Source: the human T2T-CHM13v2.0 reference genome, Homo sapiens
Assembly: GCF_009914755.1 (NCBI RefSeq)
Contig: NC_060947.1
Length of the DNA: 64,000 nt
Strand: one strand, 5' to 3'
A program made the position numbers and the translations under genes. This document shows, piece by piece, positions 32,649-49,183 of the stretch (position 1 is its first letter; every line of letters begins with the position of its first letter). The notes beneath the pieces were generated by a model. It was not told the DNA's origin and did not search any database. It worked only from the letters and a program-made list of their open reading frames with translations.

Positions 32649-35600
32649 TTAAATTAAGGCAATATTACTAAAGATTATTAGTTTTCCAGTATTGGCATCA
32701 CTTGTTTGTTTACTAAATGAAACACAATTGGGAATTATACCCAAAGTAAAAACTGGTCAGCTATCTGGATTACAAGAGGTAAAATAAAAGGGCATGGCAC
32801 AAATTATACAAAGGCTTCAATTCTTGGCCTTATAAAAATCACCATTTAAACTCCATCAGTTCATTTGTGCCTCAACTGAGACTCATTAGTAAATTCACAA
32901 GCTAGAGTATTCCTTATAGCTCTATTGTAAAGACCTATAACCACCATTACAAGAGTCCATATATGAACAATAGTGACTGGAGTTTCTCTACTGTTTAAAA
33001 AAAAAAAGAAAAAGAAAAAAACACCTCTACACAATCATGGAAATTTTAAATAGTCTTACCATCCACCGATAGGCAGTCAATAATGGCAATGGGCAAAAGT
33101 ATAAAAATAAAACCTAGCTATGATTTTGCTAATAATTCTTTTCTGCCTCAGTGTGAACCATGCAAAGATTATCTCAAATTATTTTTACAAATGTAAAGGC
33201 TGCATGTTCTCTACTTCTGAAAGCACTCCAATTTCTATCAAAATAATCACAATTAACTGTGAAATTTGTCTTCCTGGTTCTAAATACCTCAGAAAGCCAT
33301 CTAGTCAGCTGAGGATGATTAAACAATTCAAAAGACTAAAAAATAATGAACCAATATTCTCCTCTGCCTATTCTTTCTCTGCCAAAAGGGCTATACGCAA
33401 TAAAACAGCCAATCATCAAGGATATTCTAACTAAATAATTGAGAGATAACCCTTCTTAGGTGAGTTGTAAATATGGAAATATGCTGTAACATAAAATATT
33501 TAGGAAGTAGTCAGGAAATAATCAGATACCTAACCTTACGGCATTTATATCTGTGCTACAAGCCTATGTTTAATTTAAGACATTAAAAGTATTATGCAGC
33601 AGAATACTGAATATAACTCATTACATAACTACACAATGCTAGATACACCTTAGGAACAAATAGAATAGTGAGTCAAAAGTCAAATATTTTTACATGAAGA
33701 AATCCTTTGGTATTCAAAGGAATACATGAAAAATGAAAACCATCAGTTTGAGAATTAAACACTTATTTTTTAACACCACCAAACATTTTCAATTCAGTTG
33801 GCTCAGAAATACTGCCATAGCAATGCAGAAGTAGATTCTTTAAAATTTCAATGTTTAAAAGTTGATAAACTGAAATAGACAAAATGCTTATTAATAAAGA
33901 GCAAGAGAACGATAGTCATAAAAATACTTGTCTAAAAGATACTCTTGCTGGCTAGAATGCCTTAAATGACATCAAGATTTTTCTAATCGTGAGGTTTATT
34001 CATATCTTAACATTATTTATGAAAATGATTAAGACAAAGGAAATATTGCTGCAATACTCAAAGAAGACTTCTCTAAGTAGTAATTTTTCCCAATAAAAGC
34101 AAAAAAAAAAATACACACACACACACACACACACACAACCCTTATTAATAATGAAGTTTTGAACTGTGCTTACTTTCTGTACTGTGAGGAATTGAGAAAT
34201 TTTTCTAGAACTTACTTCTGGCATTAATGTTCAAATACTTCATTCTTGACATAAAAAGTCACATAGCTCAACTGACAATCAGAAATTCTTAGTTCAGAAT
34301 GTACCCAATTCAATTCCTTCTTTAGAATAGTTCTGATCAAATACTCTTTTGCATAAAAACAGAGTTTCTCATTGCCTAATGAATTAAATGCATACCCCTT
34401 AGTTTAGGCATTCCAAACTCTCCACCATCTTTTCACAATTATATCCTGCTATAGTAACCCAATGCATTCTATGCTGTGGCTATCACTGCTCCCTAACATC
34501 TGTCCTTTCCAGCAGTTCTCATTACTAGAATGGTTGTTCATTTTTATCTTAACTTCTTAAAATCCTACTTAGCCTTCAAAGATGGCCAAAGTCAACAGCA
34601 CTCAACCATCCCTCAACTCTGCAACTCACTTTACATTATTTTATATTTACCTTTTTTTTAGGACAAGTGCTCCCTATTAACTTCATGTCATACATTTTTG
34701 TCCATAACAGTTTCCAGTATGGTAGAAGAGCTAAGGTGCCTTTCTACTTTTACATACTTCCTAGTTCCTTGTACACACAGTGAATACTCAATACAAGTTT
34801 GACAAATAAAATTAAGGATTCATTAAATGGATTTGTATGTAGCATCGCTGGGTTTTGTTCTTGATTGGCTTTTATTCTTGACATTCGGATCATTAAGGTC
34901 CAAAAAAGAATTTGACTGATTTTCAAAATCTGTTTCAGAAAACTCTGCTCCACTGACTTTATTAAAGCTTCACTATATTATATAAAGATGGCCTCACTTT
35001 TAGGCTTGGGTTTGGCTGTAAATCCTCATTTTAAGATGGTGAACAAATTGAAAGCTAAATTCTGTCTTGAGGTGGTTACTGATGCCCTCCTAAATTAGAG
35101 AGAGGCTGATTAATGGAACCTGTTTTTTGTTTTTTTTTTTTTAACACTATCTTCATCAAAAGTAGCTGCTAGAATTGCTACATCAAAACACAATTGATCA
35201 AAACTAGAAATACACTATTTGGAAATTAGGGGTAAAGGGTGAACTGACAGAAAAGATTTGGATACTAAGCTAGATTTTTCTTCTTTTAGTTAATCTCATT
35301 TGAAAAGCTAAAATCCATGTATTGCTTTTACCACAAATTAGAAAGTAAAAATAGCAAATAAATAATAAAGAGAATCCCACAGAAAACGCATAACTAAAAA
35401 GTCAAACTAAAGCAGGGAGAGAATTTTATAGGTACAAGTGACAAGATAATATGAAAATAGATGCGTATCTTCCAAACCCTCTAGAAAGTAAAAGCTACCT
35501 CAGAAACAGGCTAAAGATAATCAACTTTGGAGATCACTCAAAGTCCAGTGAAATTTTTTTTCTAAGACATTCATATGCTATTAAACTTTCTAGACACATA

Positions 35601-37032
35601 AAAATGCAACATCAGCTACTATGCAAACCAGTACTTTGCATGCTTTACCAAAGTGCAAAGGCTTAAGAGATCACTTCAAGTATTTATTGAATACCTAACC
35701 TTACTGCCAGGCACCATGCTAAGCACTAAAGATCTGAAAAGTAGTAGGAGTCACACAGTTTTTAGAAGCATATGTATATGCCATTTTCAAATTTTTCTGG
35801 TTGCATGTGGAATAAATTAATTAAATTTTAAAGGCCTGCAAAACACCATTTTTAAAAAGGAGGGATGTGGGAGACTGACTTGAATCACTGTAATTTTTAA
35901 AAACCAAGGCAAGCACACTAAAGGAGCTAGAAAAACCCTCTCAACTATTGTTGAAATGGGTGGTGCTAGGAATCAAGAAACCTTAATTTTAGTTCATGTT
36001 TTGATACTAACAAATTCTATGTAACTGGGAAAGCTAAAGAACTTTTAGTCTCTCATTTGTCAAAAAGACACTATCCACCTGCCCTGTCTACCTCACAGCA
36101 CTGTTATGAGCATGAAATGAGATAGTACATATATTCAAAAGGCCTTTTCACAAATGTGAGGAACCATCATCGATTAGAAAATCCAGTTAATTTTAACAGC
36201 AGGTTACAAACTGCTTCAAAGTATGTTTCAGTAAACAAATATTCAGAAGTTAACACTGTTAGCCCATTAATTTAAAATAGCCCATAGAAGCCACTGATGG
36301 TTAAGACTGACATAAACAATTTGAAACTGGTTATAAAAACCTACTATATTGCAGTATATATTTAAGTTAGCCAATAAAAAGTTTACATTAAATGAAAGTT
36401 CTATAGATATCAAAATTGAAATGGAATATAAATTAAGTTTTCCAAAACTAACCTAAATAGGAACATCATTTTAAATAATAATCCCATGTAATAATAAATA
36501 GCGGTATATAATTCCAACCTGATATCAACATTTTTGTAACTCCTACTAGGTATGGAGAACTCTGTTAGTATTGTGACGTTATGGCTAACAGCAAAAAAAC
36601 AAAAATACGTTGGACGTTTAGAATTTTCAAAAATAATGTCATTAGGTTGATGTTGTGTCTAATGTGTTATTTCGGCTTGTTCTTCAATAGCGTATTACAG
36701 AATAACCCCGATATCTACTTCAAATAAAACATCCATTCAAATCAGAAAAAAAATAAAACTAAATGGAACTTCTCCCAGCATAGCTGAGACTTTTGATTAA
36801 TATAGTATATTCTAAAAAACAATGCTACAATTTTAGGACACAGGTACACTGGCTAATATAAACTTAAAAATTAGTGCCTTATTTGCCCAATATCCACAGA
36901 CATTTCATTATAAATCTATACATCTAAAAGCAGTTAGTAATGTCAACTGGCTCTGTTTCAAAATTTCATTTGGTCCACCAGTAAAGAAATCATGCTTAGC
37001 TGATTTCTATTTTAATCATGGCAAGCAATATT

Positions 37033-37084
37033 TATGCTGAAAAATAGGCTTCATTCTGCTGAGCAGATTCATTTGCTTGTAGCT
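37033..37084. repeat. 52-bp dispersed direct repeat, copy 1
   Basis: 49/52 identical to 39008-39059. Confidence 0.9.
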
Positions 37085-37856
37085 TGTAAGAGGAGGCAAA
37101 GTAGAAAATCAAAGAAGGGTACACGTTTTATAACAAAGACAAAACAACATGAACAATGGACAATTCAAGTATAATACTGAAATAAACTCTGTAATAAGAT
37201 ACACAAACTGCACACTACTTTTAGTAGCAGAATACTCAAGAAAGTAGAATAATAGGTAAGAATTAATACTGACATGTAAACACAACCACCGAGTATTCCT
37301 GTCCAGGGGAATGATTCTTTCACATTAACAGTATCTCCTGATATTGTGCTGTAACTACCAAAAAGGTACCTCAGCAGAGGATATATAAAGAATTTTTATA
37401 GATTGAGATGAGTTCCATTTTTAAAACAGATATGTGAATGCATCAAATTTATTTTTTGGTATTTTGGGTTGTCTAAACAGTCAGACAGCCTGGCAGATTT
37501 GTTTTGAAAAATTAAATAAACCCAAAACAATCAAATAACCTCTTCCCCGAATGTTAAACTTATTTCCAGATTTTGAAAAAGCATAAAAGGAGAAGGTATA
37601 ACACAGCAAGCAAGGAGAGATGATAGAAATGTTGCCACATTACACACATTTTATAACAATCTCATTAAAAGGGACCACTGTCATCTGTTGTTTCAGTTTT
37701 AACATTTAATATTTTTGAAGGTTATTCAATGTAAGCAGAGTACTTTATCCCACTGATCTCAGCTTACTGAATGTACTAGGGTGAGGACATCTACTAAATA
37801 AAATAAGTAAAGAACATTTGGTTTACTTAGGCATGATGATTTTAAAAGACTCAAAC

Positions 37857-37892
37857 CTTTGCTGAAGATTCCTTGAGTTCGATGAGACTGTC
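37857..37892 (-). CDS. THOC2: THOC2 36-nt coding exon (DSLIELKESSAK)
   Basis: TTTTCTACAG acceptor, AAG|GTTTGA donor, phase 0-0, fits the THOC2 peptide as I recall it. Confidence 0.85.
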
Positions 37893-39007
37893 CTGTAGAA
37901 AATGAATGGAGATGACAGGTGAGCTGGCATAGTTCTCAGAACCCAGAGGAACTTTGGGAAGTATGGCTGTAACCTGGAAATAAACCAGCTACTTCTTGTG
38001 AGGATAAATTTCATGATGTCATTATCAATATGAATATCAACAATAAAAAAAAACATGTAATGGAATTGGAATGTTAAAAACTAAATTAAATGTACTCAAT
38101 GTAAGAAATAAAAATCTTTCTCTGCTCAGAATTTAAAAATAAATGTCAATGCCACATTGTTCATATCTCTCTACTTAAGCTATAGTTAAGAGGTTTAAGA
38201 AAGCAAAACATTTTTTTCTCCACAAAAAATTTAAAATACTGGAGGTCACTGTGGAAGAACAACATTGCCTTATATTTTTCATAGTTCTTCTTTAATTGGG
38301 AGGATTCACATTTTACTTTATTTTTAACTCTAATATGAATATACACATCCTAGCTGAAAAATTCAGTGGCATTGTATTAACAAGAAAACAAAATATATAA
38401 GAGTAATCACTTTTTTTTTCTGCAAAGTGCCTATCATGGTGAATCTCACACCTCCCACACACAAAGAAAGCATTAAAAAAAAAGAAAGAAAAAGAAATCA
38501 ACTACGATATTCCACCACAGTGCTCTTGATGAACAATTAATAACTTACAGTTTTTTAAAAGTTCAACGTACTGCAAATTCAAAGATTCCATGAAATTAGA
38601 TGACTTTAGAATTAAAATTAAATATGGAGCAAGGAATGGCTACCCTGAGTCTTCAAGAAGGCTACACCCACGATTTTGTGCTGCAGTTGAATGCCTGGGG
38701 TTTCTCTTTGCTGGGTGGTAGGATTGGATGCCACATCTGCTTTTATCGTAACGCAAGGTTCAACTTGTTGGGAACCCAATGGGTATAAACAAACCTCCAA
38801 GGGAAGATACAACAGAAGCTGCATGCTCACTGAATATACACAACTACAGGAGAACTGATCACCAAGGAGACTTTAAAATGGAACTCCTTTCAAGACTCCT
38901 TCTTAGAAGGCACACATCGGTATGATGCTCATCAAGAAGCTTGAATTCAGAGGTAACTTGTTTATCTTGTGTCATCCAGGAAGTCTTCAGTGCTATATAT
39001 TCTTCAA

Positions 39008-39059
39008 TATGCTGAAAAATAGGCTTCATTCTGCTGAAAAGATTCGTTTGCTTGTAGCT
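39008..39059. repeat. 52-bp dispersed direct repeat, copy 2
   Basis: 49/52 identical to 37033-37084. Confidence 0.9.
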
Positions 39060-39362
39060 ACCATTGCACTCCAAAAAAGACTGCTTAAAGCAGTTGAGGC
39101 ACTTCTGGGTAAAATTTCTCTTGCACTTTGAAACACTACAAAATTAGTGCTAAGTCCTTGAAGTTTTAACATTTTTATAATAAAAATACTCAATAGGAAA
39201 AAAAATCAGTCCACCAATATAGAAAAATTCATTTTCTAATGCAATATAAAACCTCCAGTGGCTCCAGTGAATGCTTGGCATAAGACTTGAAGGAAGTCAG
39301 GACACTGGTATTCCAAACAGGTGAGCCTAACATGGACGCTGCCTTCCTCAGGCTATACTAAC

Positions 39363-39421
39363 CTTTACTGTGGAGGAATGTGATGGAGAAGGGTGAGTAT
39401 CAATTTTGCGGCGTTTTTGTT
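39363..39421 (-). CDS. THOC2: THOC2 coding exon (EQKRRKIDTHPSPSHSSTVK)
   Basis: CAG/GTTAGT flanks, 59 nt. Confidence 0.93.
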
Positions 39422-39427
39422 CTGTTA

Positions 39428-40066
<639 letters not shown>

Positions 40067-40191
40067 TTAACACAAATAATCATAAAATATATCCTTTGAT
40101 ATATGATAAAATATATCATAAAGGGTTTCTTACTAACTTCAAAAATACTAGAACTAAGGGGGAGTCCTTTGAAAACTAAAGGACAACTTTA

Positions 40192-41155
<964 letters not shown>

Positions 41156-41212
41156 CATAAAAATCATTTTTAAAAAGAATTTAGAATTATGACACATGGC
41201 ACAGTGTTCCTA

Positions 41213-41335
<123 letters not shown>

Positions 41336-41537
41336 TTATTTAACAAGCCCCTAAATGTAAATAAGCTACAATTTCAGAGCAAAATGATTAGAGAATAATT
41401 AGAAAGAAACAGCAAGCTGATTACTTCTTAACGCTTATATACTCCTATCTAGGGAATAAAAAGTAATACTAAGCCAGCATTGTACTCGTTCTGTGATACA
41501 AAACATTTCACTTTGTTGAAATAAAATATATTACTTA

Positions 41538-41759
<222 letters not shown>

Positions 41760-42241
41760 TTAAATATACAAACACAAATCAAAAAACATAAACATGAGGT
41801 TTTTAAGAATAAAATTAGCAAGTTATTCATTCTACTATGTGGTTCTAGAGAATTAAAAAATACCAATTTTTAATAAGTTCTTGAAGGTTTTTATAGAACG
41901 CCCAGCTTTCTTAAAAATTACAATTTCACTATAAACTAATCCTTAAACTAAGATGGCTTTTTTTTTTTACTCTTGAAGATCTGTTAACTATGATGATAAA
42001 ATTATATTTCCTCCCAATCAAGAAATATTATACATGACTTTAAAAAAACTATCATCCAGTATAGACCGGAAGTTGATAATCAGAAGTGGTAACTCTCACC
42101 AGCCTGTGGAAACATGATCGCATAATCTCCCATAATCTCCTGAAGGCAGAAGATAAACTTCAACACTGTAAAACATTTTAAAGTCTTCAGAATCCTTCTG
42201 TCATCTAGTCTTGTAAATCACATTAAAATATAATTTTGTTA

Positions 42242-42647
<406 letters not shown>

Positions 42648-42993
42648 CTAAGGAAACAATGTTTGTCACTTTTAAAGAAAAATTATGATCCACAAAATAG
42701 CAGAAATTGAAACTTAAGTAGACTAGATCAATGTTTCCGTGTAAAAACATCATGCGTATTTGGATAGGTAGTCACAAAAAGTTCAACTTATACAAAGATA
42801 CTAATTTGGAATGTCAGTTTGAGATAGAATAAAAAAGTACATAGCACATTTTAATAACAAATTAATTGTGCTTATAAACACAGTTTTACAACTGAATCTT
42901 AAACTCAGCTTCTCTTTTAAAACTCAACTATCTAGATATTAATGGATGTGGTCATTATATACATGGGTAAAATATAAGGGTTTTTATTAGTCA

Positions 42994-43125
<132 letters not shown>

Positions 43126-43539
43126 CTACAGGAGAAAAATGTTTAAAAAATATAAACAAATCAAGGTCAAAATCAGTTAAAAATATTAGAAGATTCTCTT
43201 ACAGCAAGTCATAATAAACAGGTAAGCCTAGTCAAAATGTATATTCCCTTTATATAATGACACTGCAGAGAACTTTGGAGATTTTGGCTTTTGTGGGGAA
43301 ATAATGCATTCATAAAACAACCACCCAAAACAAGAACTTTTATAAAGAAAGCTGATTTACAGTGACAAGGAAAAAAAAATTTATCATTATTATTACATAA
43401 TAAGTTGTTTTTTTTTTATTACATAATAGTTTCTTAACCACTTAGCCATACATATTACTGGGTTTACGGGGAGAGTAAGCAGAGGAAATGCTGATAGAAA
43501 TTAAAAATATGCAGCTGACATACTGGAACATACATTATG

Positions 43540-43853
43540 TTTTTTGTTTTGTTTTGTTTTGTTTTGAGACTGAGTCTTACTCTGTCACCCAGGCTGGAGG
43601 GCCGTGGTGTGATCTAGGCTCACTGCAAGCTCCGCGTCTCAGGTTCACACCATTCTCCTGCCTCAGCCTCCTGAGTAGCTGGGACTACAGGCACCCACCA
43701 CCACACCCGGCTAATTTTTTTGTATTTTTTTTTTTAGTAGAGACGGGGTTTCACCATGTTAGCCAGGATGGTCTCGATCTCCTGACCTTGTGATCCACCC
43801 GCCTCGGCCTCCCGAAGTACTGGGATTACAGGCATGAGCCACCGCACCCGGCC
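43540..43853 (-). mobile_element. Alu (Y-like)
   Basis: gcaagctccgc and agccaggatggtctcgatc diagnostics; TSD acattatgttttt. Confidence 0.9.
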
Positions 43854-44059
43854 ACATTATGTTTTTAAACCACAAAATGTAGTAATAAGAAAAAAGCTAA
43901 ATGCAAAATGTGCATATGACCATACTGAAAAGCTTCCCTGCTTTTATATGTGTGTGAAGGTGTAAACTTTTTTGTCTTTTTTTTTTTTTTTGAGAAGTGA
44001 AGGTTAAGAATGGAGAAGAGAGTTCTACCTATTATGATACAACACGTAAACTCAAATAC

Positions 44060-44290
44060 TTAGTTAATAGTTTAACCTTGAGTGCCTATTACATATCAGG
44101 TACTTTTTATGTGTAGTGATTCATTTAATCCTCACAACAATCTTATGAAGCAGGTACTTATGCTTTACAGATAAGAAAACAGGCACAGAGAGGTTAAATA
44201 ACTTGCCAAAGATCATACAGCTAGAAAGTAGTAGAGCTAGGATTCAAGTTCAGACACTTGGTTCTTGAGTTCATGCTTTTTAACTAAACA
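44060..44290 (-). mobile_element. MIR
   Basis: catttaatcctcacaacaa...aggcacagagaggttaaataacttgcc core. Confidence 0.75.
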
Positions 44291-44346
44291 CACAATAATA
44301 CCTCTATAAATTATAATGTTAGCTATCTTTGTGTGAGAACTTTTTA

Positions 44347-44547
<201 letters not shown>

Positions 44548-44950
44548 TTAAGTGGTAAACTTCTTCCCCAAGTGCCTCAAAGCCACTAAACATGACAACA
44601 TATTACCTTTAGTGAAGAGAATACTATAAACCACAAACTATTTATAGTTTGTAACCAAATGTCATGCCTGGTCATGATTATCATTTTTACTATGTGGACC
44701 TTTTTTTCTATGATTTCTCCAGAAATATGTTTTATACAGAAAAGCTGAATGACAAGCTGCCAATATGTAGTTAAAAGTTAATTAACTTCACCAGCAAACT
44801 ATATCAGTTCCTCCAGTGAACATGAAGTTGATTCTGCATTAACAAATAACCAAAGAATGGGATAGGGAACACTGAGTTGAAATACAAACATAATACACTT
44901 TAACACCTCTAAAGTTATAATGTTTTGTTTTCTGTAATTTACCAGCATCA

Positions 44951-45118
<168 letters not shown>

Positions 45119-46085
45119 CTACAAAGAATTCAATTAGACACTTTTCTAACTATATGCACATTACCTTTCTTCTTTTAATTGAAAAGTTTAAAGAGATAAA
45201 GGCTGATAGTTTATAACTACTTTAACATGAATATAGGTCCACTTGAACGTGCTACTTTTATCTCCATTCAACACACTCATAACACTGTCATGGCATCTTC
45301 ATACACCATCAGAACAGGCTACATTTGCAACACTGACACTATTAGTCTCAGGCATGGTGTCATCTTTGACTCTTCCCTCTCCTTTATATCAAGACTGGTT
45401 TACAAGCCTTGTACACTGCCACTACCTCCATCAGTCTATGCTCTCACAATAGACTGCCCAAAAAGCCACCTAGCTGGTCTTTAGCCTAATGCTAGTCAAA
45501 AAGCATCTTTCATACTGCTGTCATGAGTAATCTTTTTTAAGTACCATTTTTTACATTACTATCCTGCTCAGGAATCTAAAATAGCTCTCAATTTTACCAA
45601 GTCTACTTTTCTCCCTGACTTCCAATGCCTACATAATCTGGCCCCATCATAACTATTCATATGAATCACTAAGTACATTCACTACATGAAAGTGAATCAG
45701 TAAAAGTGGTCTCCCTAAACCTCAATCTACTTCCTGTCTTTGCTGGAACCCTATGGTGACCTCCCTATCTGCTTCCATATTTCCAAACCTAATCTACCTT
45801 CAAGGCCTGTCCATTTCAAGACTCGGCTTCTCAATAGTCTTCTCCTAAAGAACTCTCCTCTTGAGAACTACTGCTCTTGCTATTAGAGTCACATGAATCA
45901 CTTTAAGTTACTAGCATAGTCGTCAGTAGAAAAGGACACTCAAATAATTTTTGATTAATCATAACCTCCACCTAGTCACCAAACTCCTGGCCCCCCACTC
46001 AGAAGTAACTATTAAACCCCATTTAAGAAAATATTATATAGCAACAAGATCACTGTTTTAAGGAACCAGAGCTAAAACAATTTCA

Positions 46086-46523
<438 letters not shown>

Positions 46524-46934
46524 TCAAAAGATGACCAATCTCAAAACTGTTGTAGAAATTCTAGTTTCTTATGAACAACGTTTATTTTAAGATAAATCAT
46601 CTCTGGAAGCTATTCCAGTCTTTAGTACTGTGTGCCAACTAGGAGATTCTCAGAGGGTTCTTATCTAATCTGACCTGTTGAGTAAAGTGAACAGGGTATA
46701 TGCATGTTCTCCTCTTTCATTCCCCCACCCTACTCCCTCTTGCTGCTGTATCAGGGATTGAACATGTAGGGTTTCCAGTCCTGCTTTTGAGATATTCAAG
46801 GGAACAAATAGAAGGTCTTAACATGAGAAAAGAGGAAGAATGGAACTAGTAATAGCCAACTAGGACAGAATGTAGTATCACTACATGCAGACCCTACCAA
46901 CTGTTAAAATTTGTCAATTAAAAAGCTGGATCAA

Positions 46935-47192
46935 GAGACCAAGGCGGGCAGATCACTTGAGATCAGGAGTTTGAGACCAGCCTGGCCAGCATGTCAAAAC
47001 CCCATCTCTACAAAAAATTAGCCAGGCGTGGTGGCGCAGGCCTGTAATCCCAGCTACTTGGGAGGCTGAGGTGAGAGGATCACTTGAACCCCAGAGGCAG
47101 AAGTTGCAGTGAGCTGAGATCATGCCCCTTCACTCCAGACTGGATGACAGAAGGAGACTGTCTCAAAAAATAAAAATTAAAAAAAAAAAAAA
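46935..47192 (+). mobile_element. 5'-truncated Alu
   Basis: TSD aaaagctggatcaa. Confidence 0.9.
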
Positions 47193-47245
47193 AGCTGGAT
47201 CAACACTAAGAAAAGTTATGAGAAATTTGTTTTAAGACTGCTAAG

Positions 47246-47358
47246 TAGGGTGACCAATTGTCAGGGTTTGCTGGGGATTCAGGGATTTCTGAGGATTTAA
47301 GACTTCAGTGCTAAAACTGGGAACATCCCAGGCAAACCAGGACCAACTGGTTACTCTA
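47246..47358. mobile_element. MER81-like hAT MITE
   Basis: TIRs tagggtgacca...tggttactcta and internal ttcagtgctaaaactggga. Confidence 0.7.
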
Positions 47359-47554
47359 CTGCTAAGCCAAATAAATTTTTCTGTGAAAAGCTGTGGTATA
47401 TTGAAGTTTAAAGCATGTGAGAACTGATGCTGCAGCTTCTTTCGTTTGACTGGTTTATCCTAATTTGGGGGAAAAAACAGAGGAATGCCATATTCTTAAT
47501 TGTATGAGGAAAAAAAATTGTTAGTACAATGGGAGGGGCTGCAGAGATGTGTAT

Positions 47555-47661
47555 GCCAAATATATTATACATATATATACACACACAAAAATATATATAT
47601 TTTTTCTATATATTCTATATATATGAAGATAACATATATATGAACATATATATTATACATG

Positions 47662-47712
<51 letters not shown>

Positions 47713-47715
47713 GAA
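47555..47715. repeat. (TA)n/(CA)n simple repeat
   Basis: Direct reading. Confidence 0.9.
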
Positions 47716-48688
47716 GATAACACAGAGTTGCTGCTATTGTTTCACATCCTTCAGTCTCTTTAGGATGAAAGAGCTCTCATCCAGAAAATTTTGTTTAAGT
47801 TAGGTATCACCCTTCATACGAACCTAAAGGAAGTCCTAAAACTAGTTACTTCCTTACGTTAGAAAATCACTTAAATCATTCTATTTGTGCTAAACACGTA
47901 ACCCAAAACGAGATGATCAAAGGTTCTGCTTCCAGTTCTACACTGTGATAGGCAAAAGAGTCTCAGCTCCTTACAGCTCAGTTACCTGCCTTCCTTCCTG
48001 AGTGCTCAATTTTACAATTGTTCTAGAATTTTACAATTGTTCTAGAAGTGGGAAGATTTATGCTCTGTTATCCCCATTTTAGAGAGCATGCTGACAACCA
48101 CTGAGACCACGTAAGTGACAAAGCTACAAAGAACATTAGTTACGAAAAAGGAGTCCCAATTGCATCAGAAACCTGAGGGAATAGCAGTTGGGAAAACAGA
48201 GAGTGTTTTTTAATTTAGAGGACAGGTCTTATTGAAGGTAACTAATATGAATCTAGATGAGCAGAATGACTTCTGCTAAGGTTCTAACAAAACGGGATAA
48301 AATAGGGCTGACATTATCTGCATAAAAGACAGCCTAATTACCTGTTCTGGGCAAGATCTAGAATATGAACTAGGTTAAAAGCCTATCTTTCAGACCTGTG
48401 TCTCAAGGTGGACCACAACCTCAACAATTAAAACTAAAAATTAGTTTATAGGTATGAGAGGGTTACATGATAGCTCCAATCTCCCCAGTCCTCTGGGTCT
48501 GAATCTGTGATTTCTATTGCTAGGAACCCCATAGTCACTATCTAGTTAGAAAAATAGGCTTGGTCAGAAAAGAAGGCTATACTTCGTATTTACCCAAGAT
48601 GAATATGTCCTTGTCTAAAGTCAGTTTAACTCCCACTTCAAGTTCACACCTTCAGTCAAATGAAGAGACATAACAGTTCTACATTTCA

Positions 48689-49183
<495 letters not shown>

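Noticed and set aside
38859-39074. 71-aa minus-strand ORF overlapping repeat copy 2
   Set aside because: Non-ATG start, no recognisable homology, and copy 1 is not in a comparable ORF
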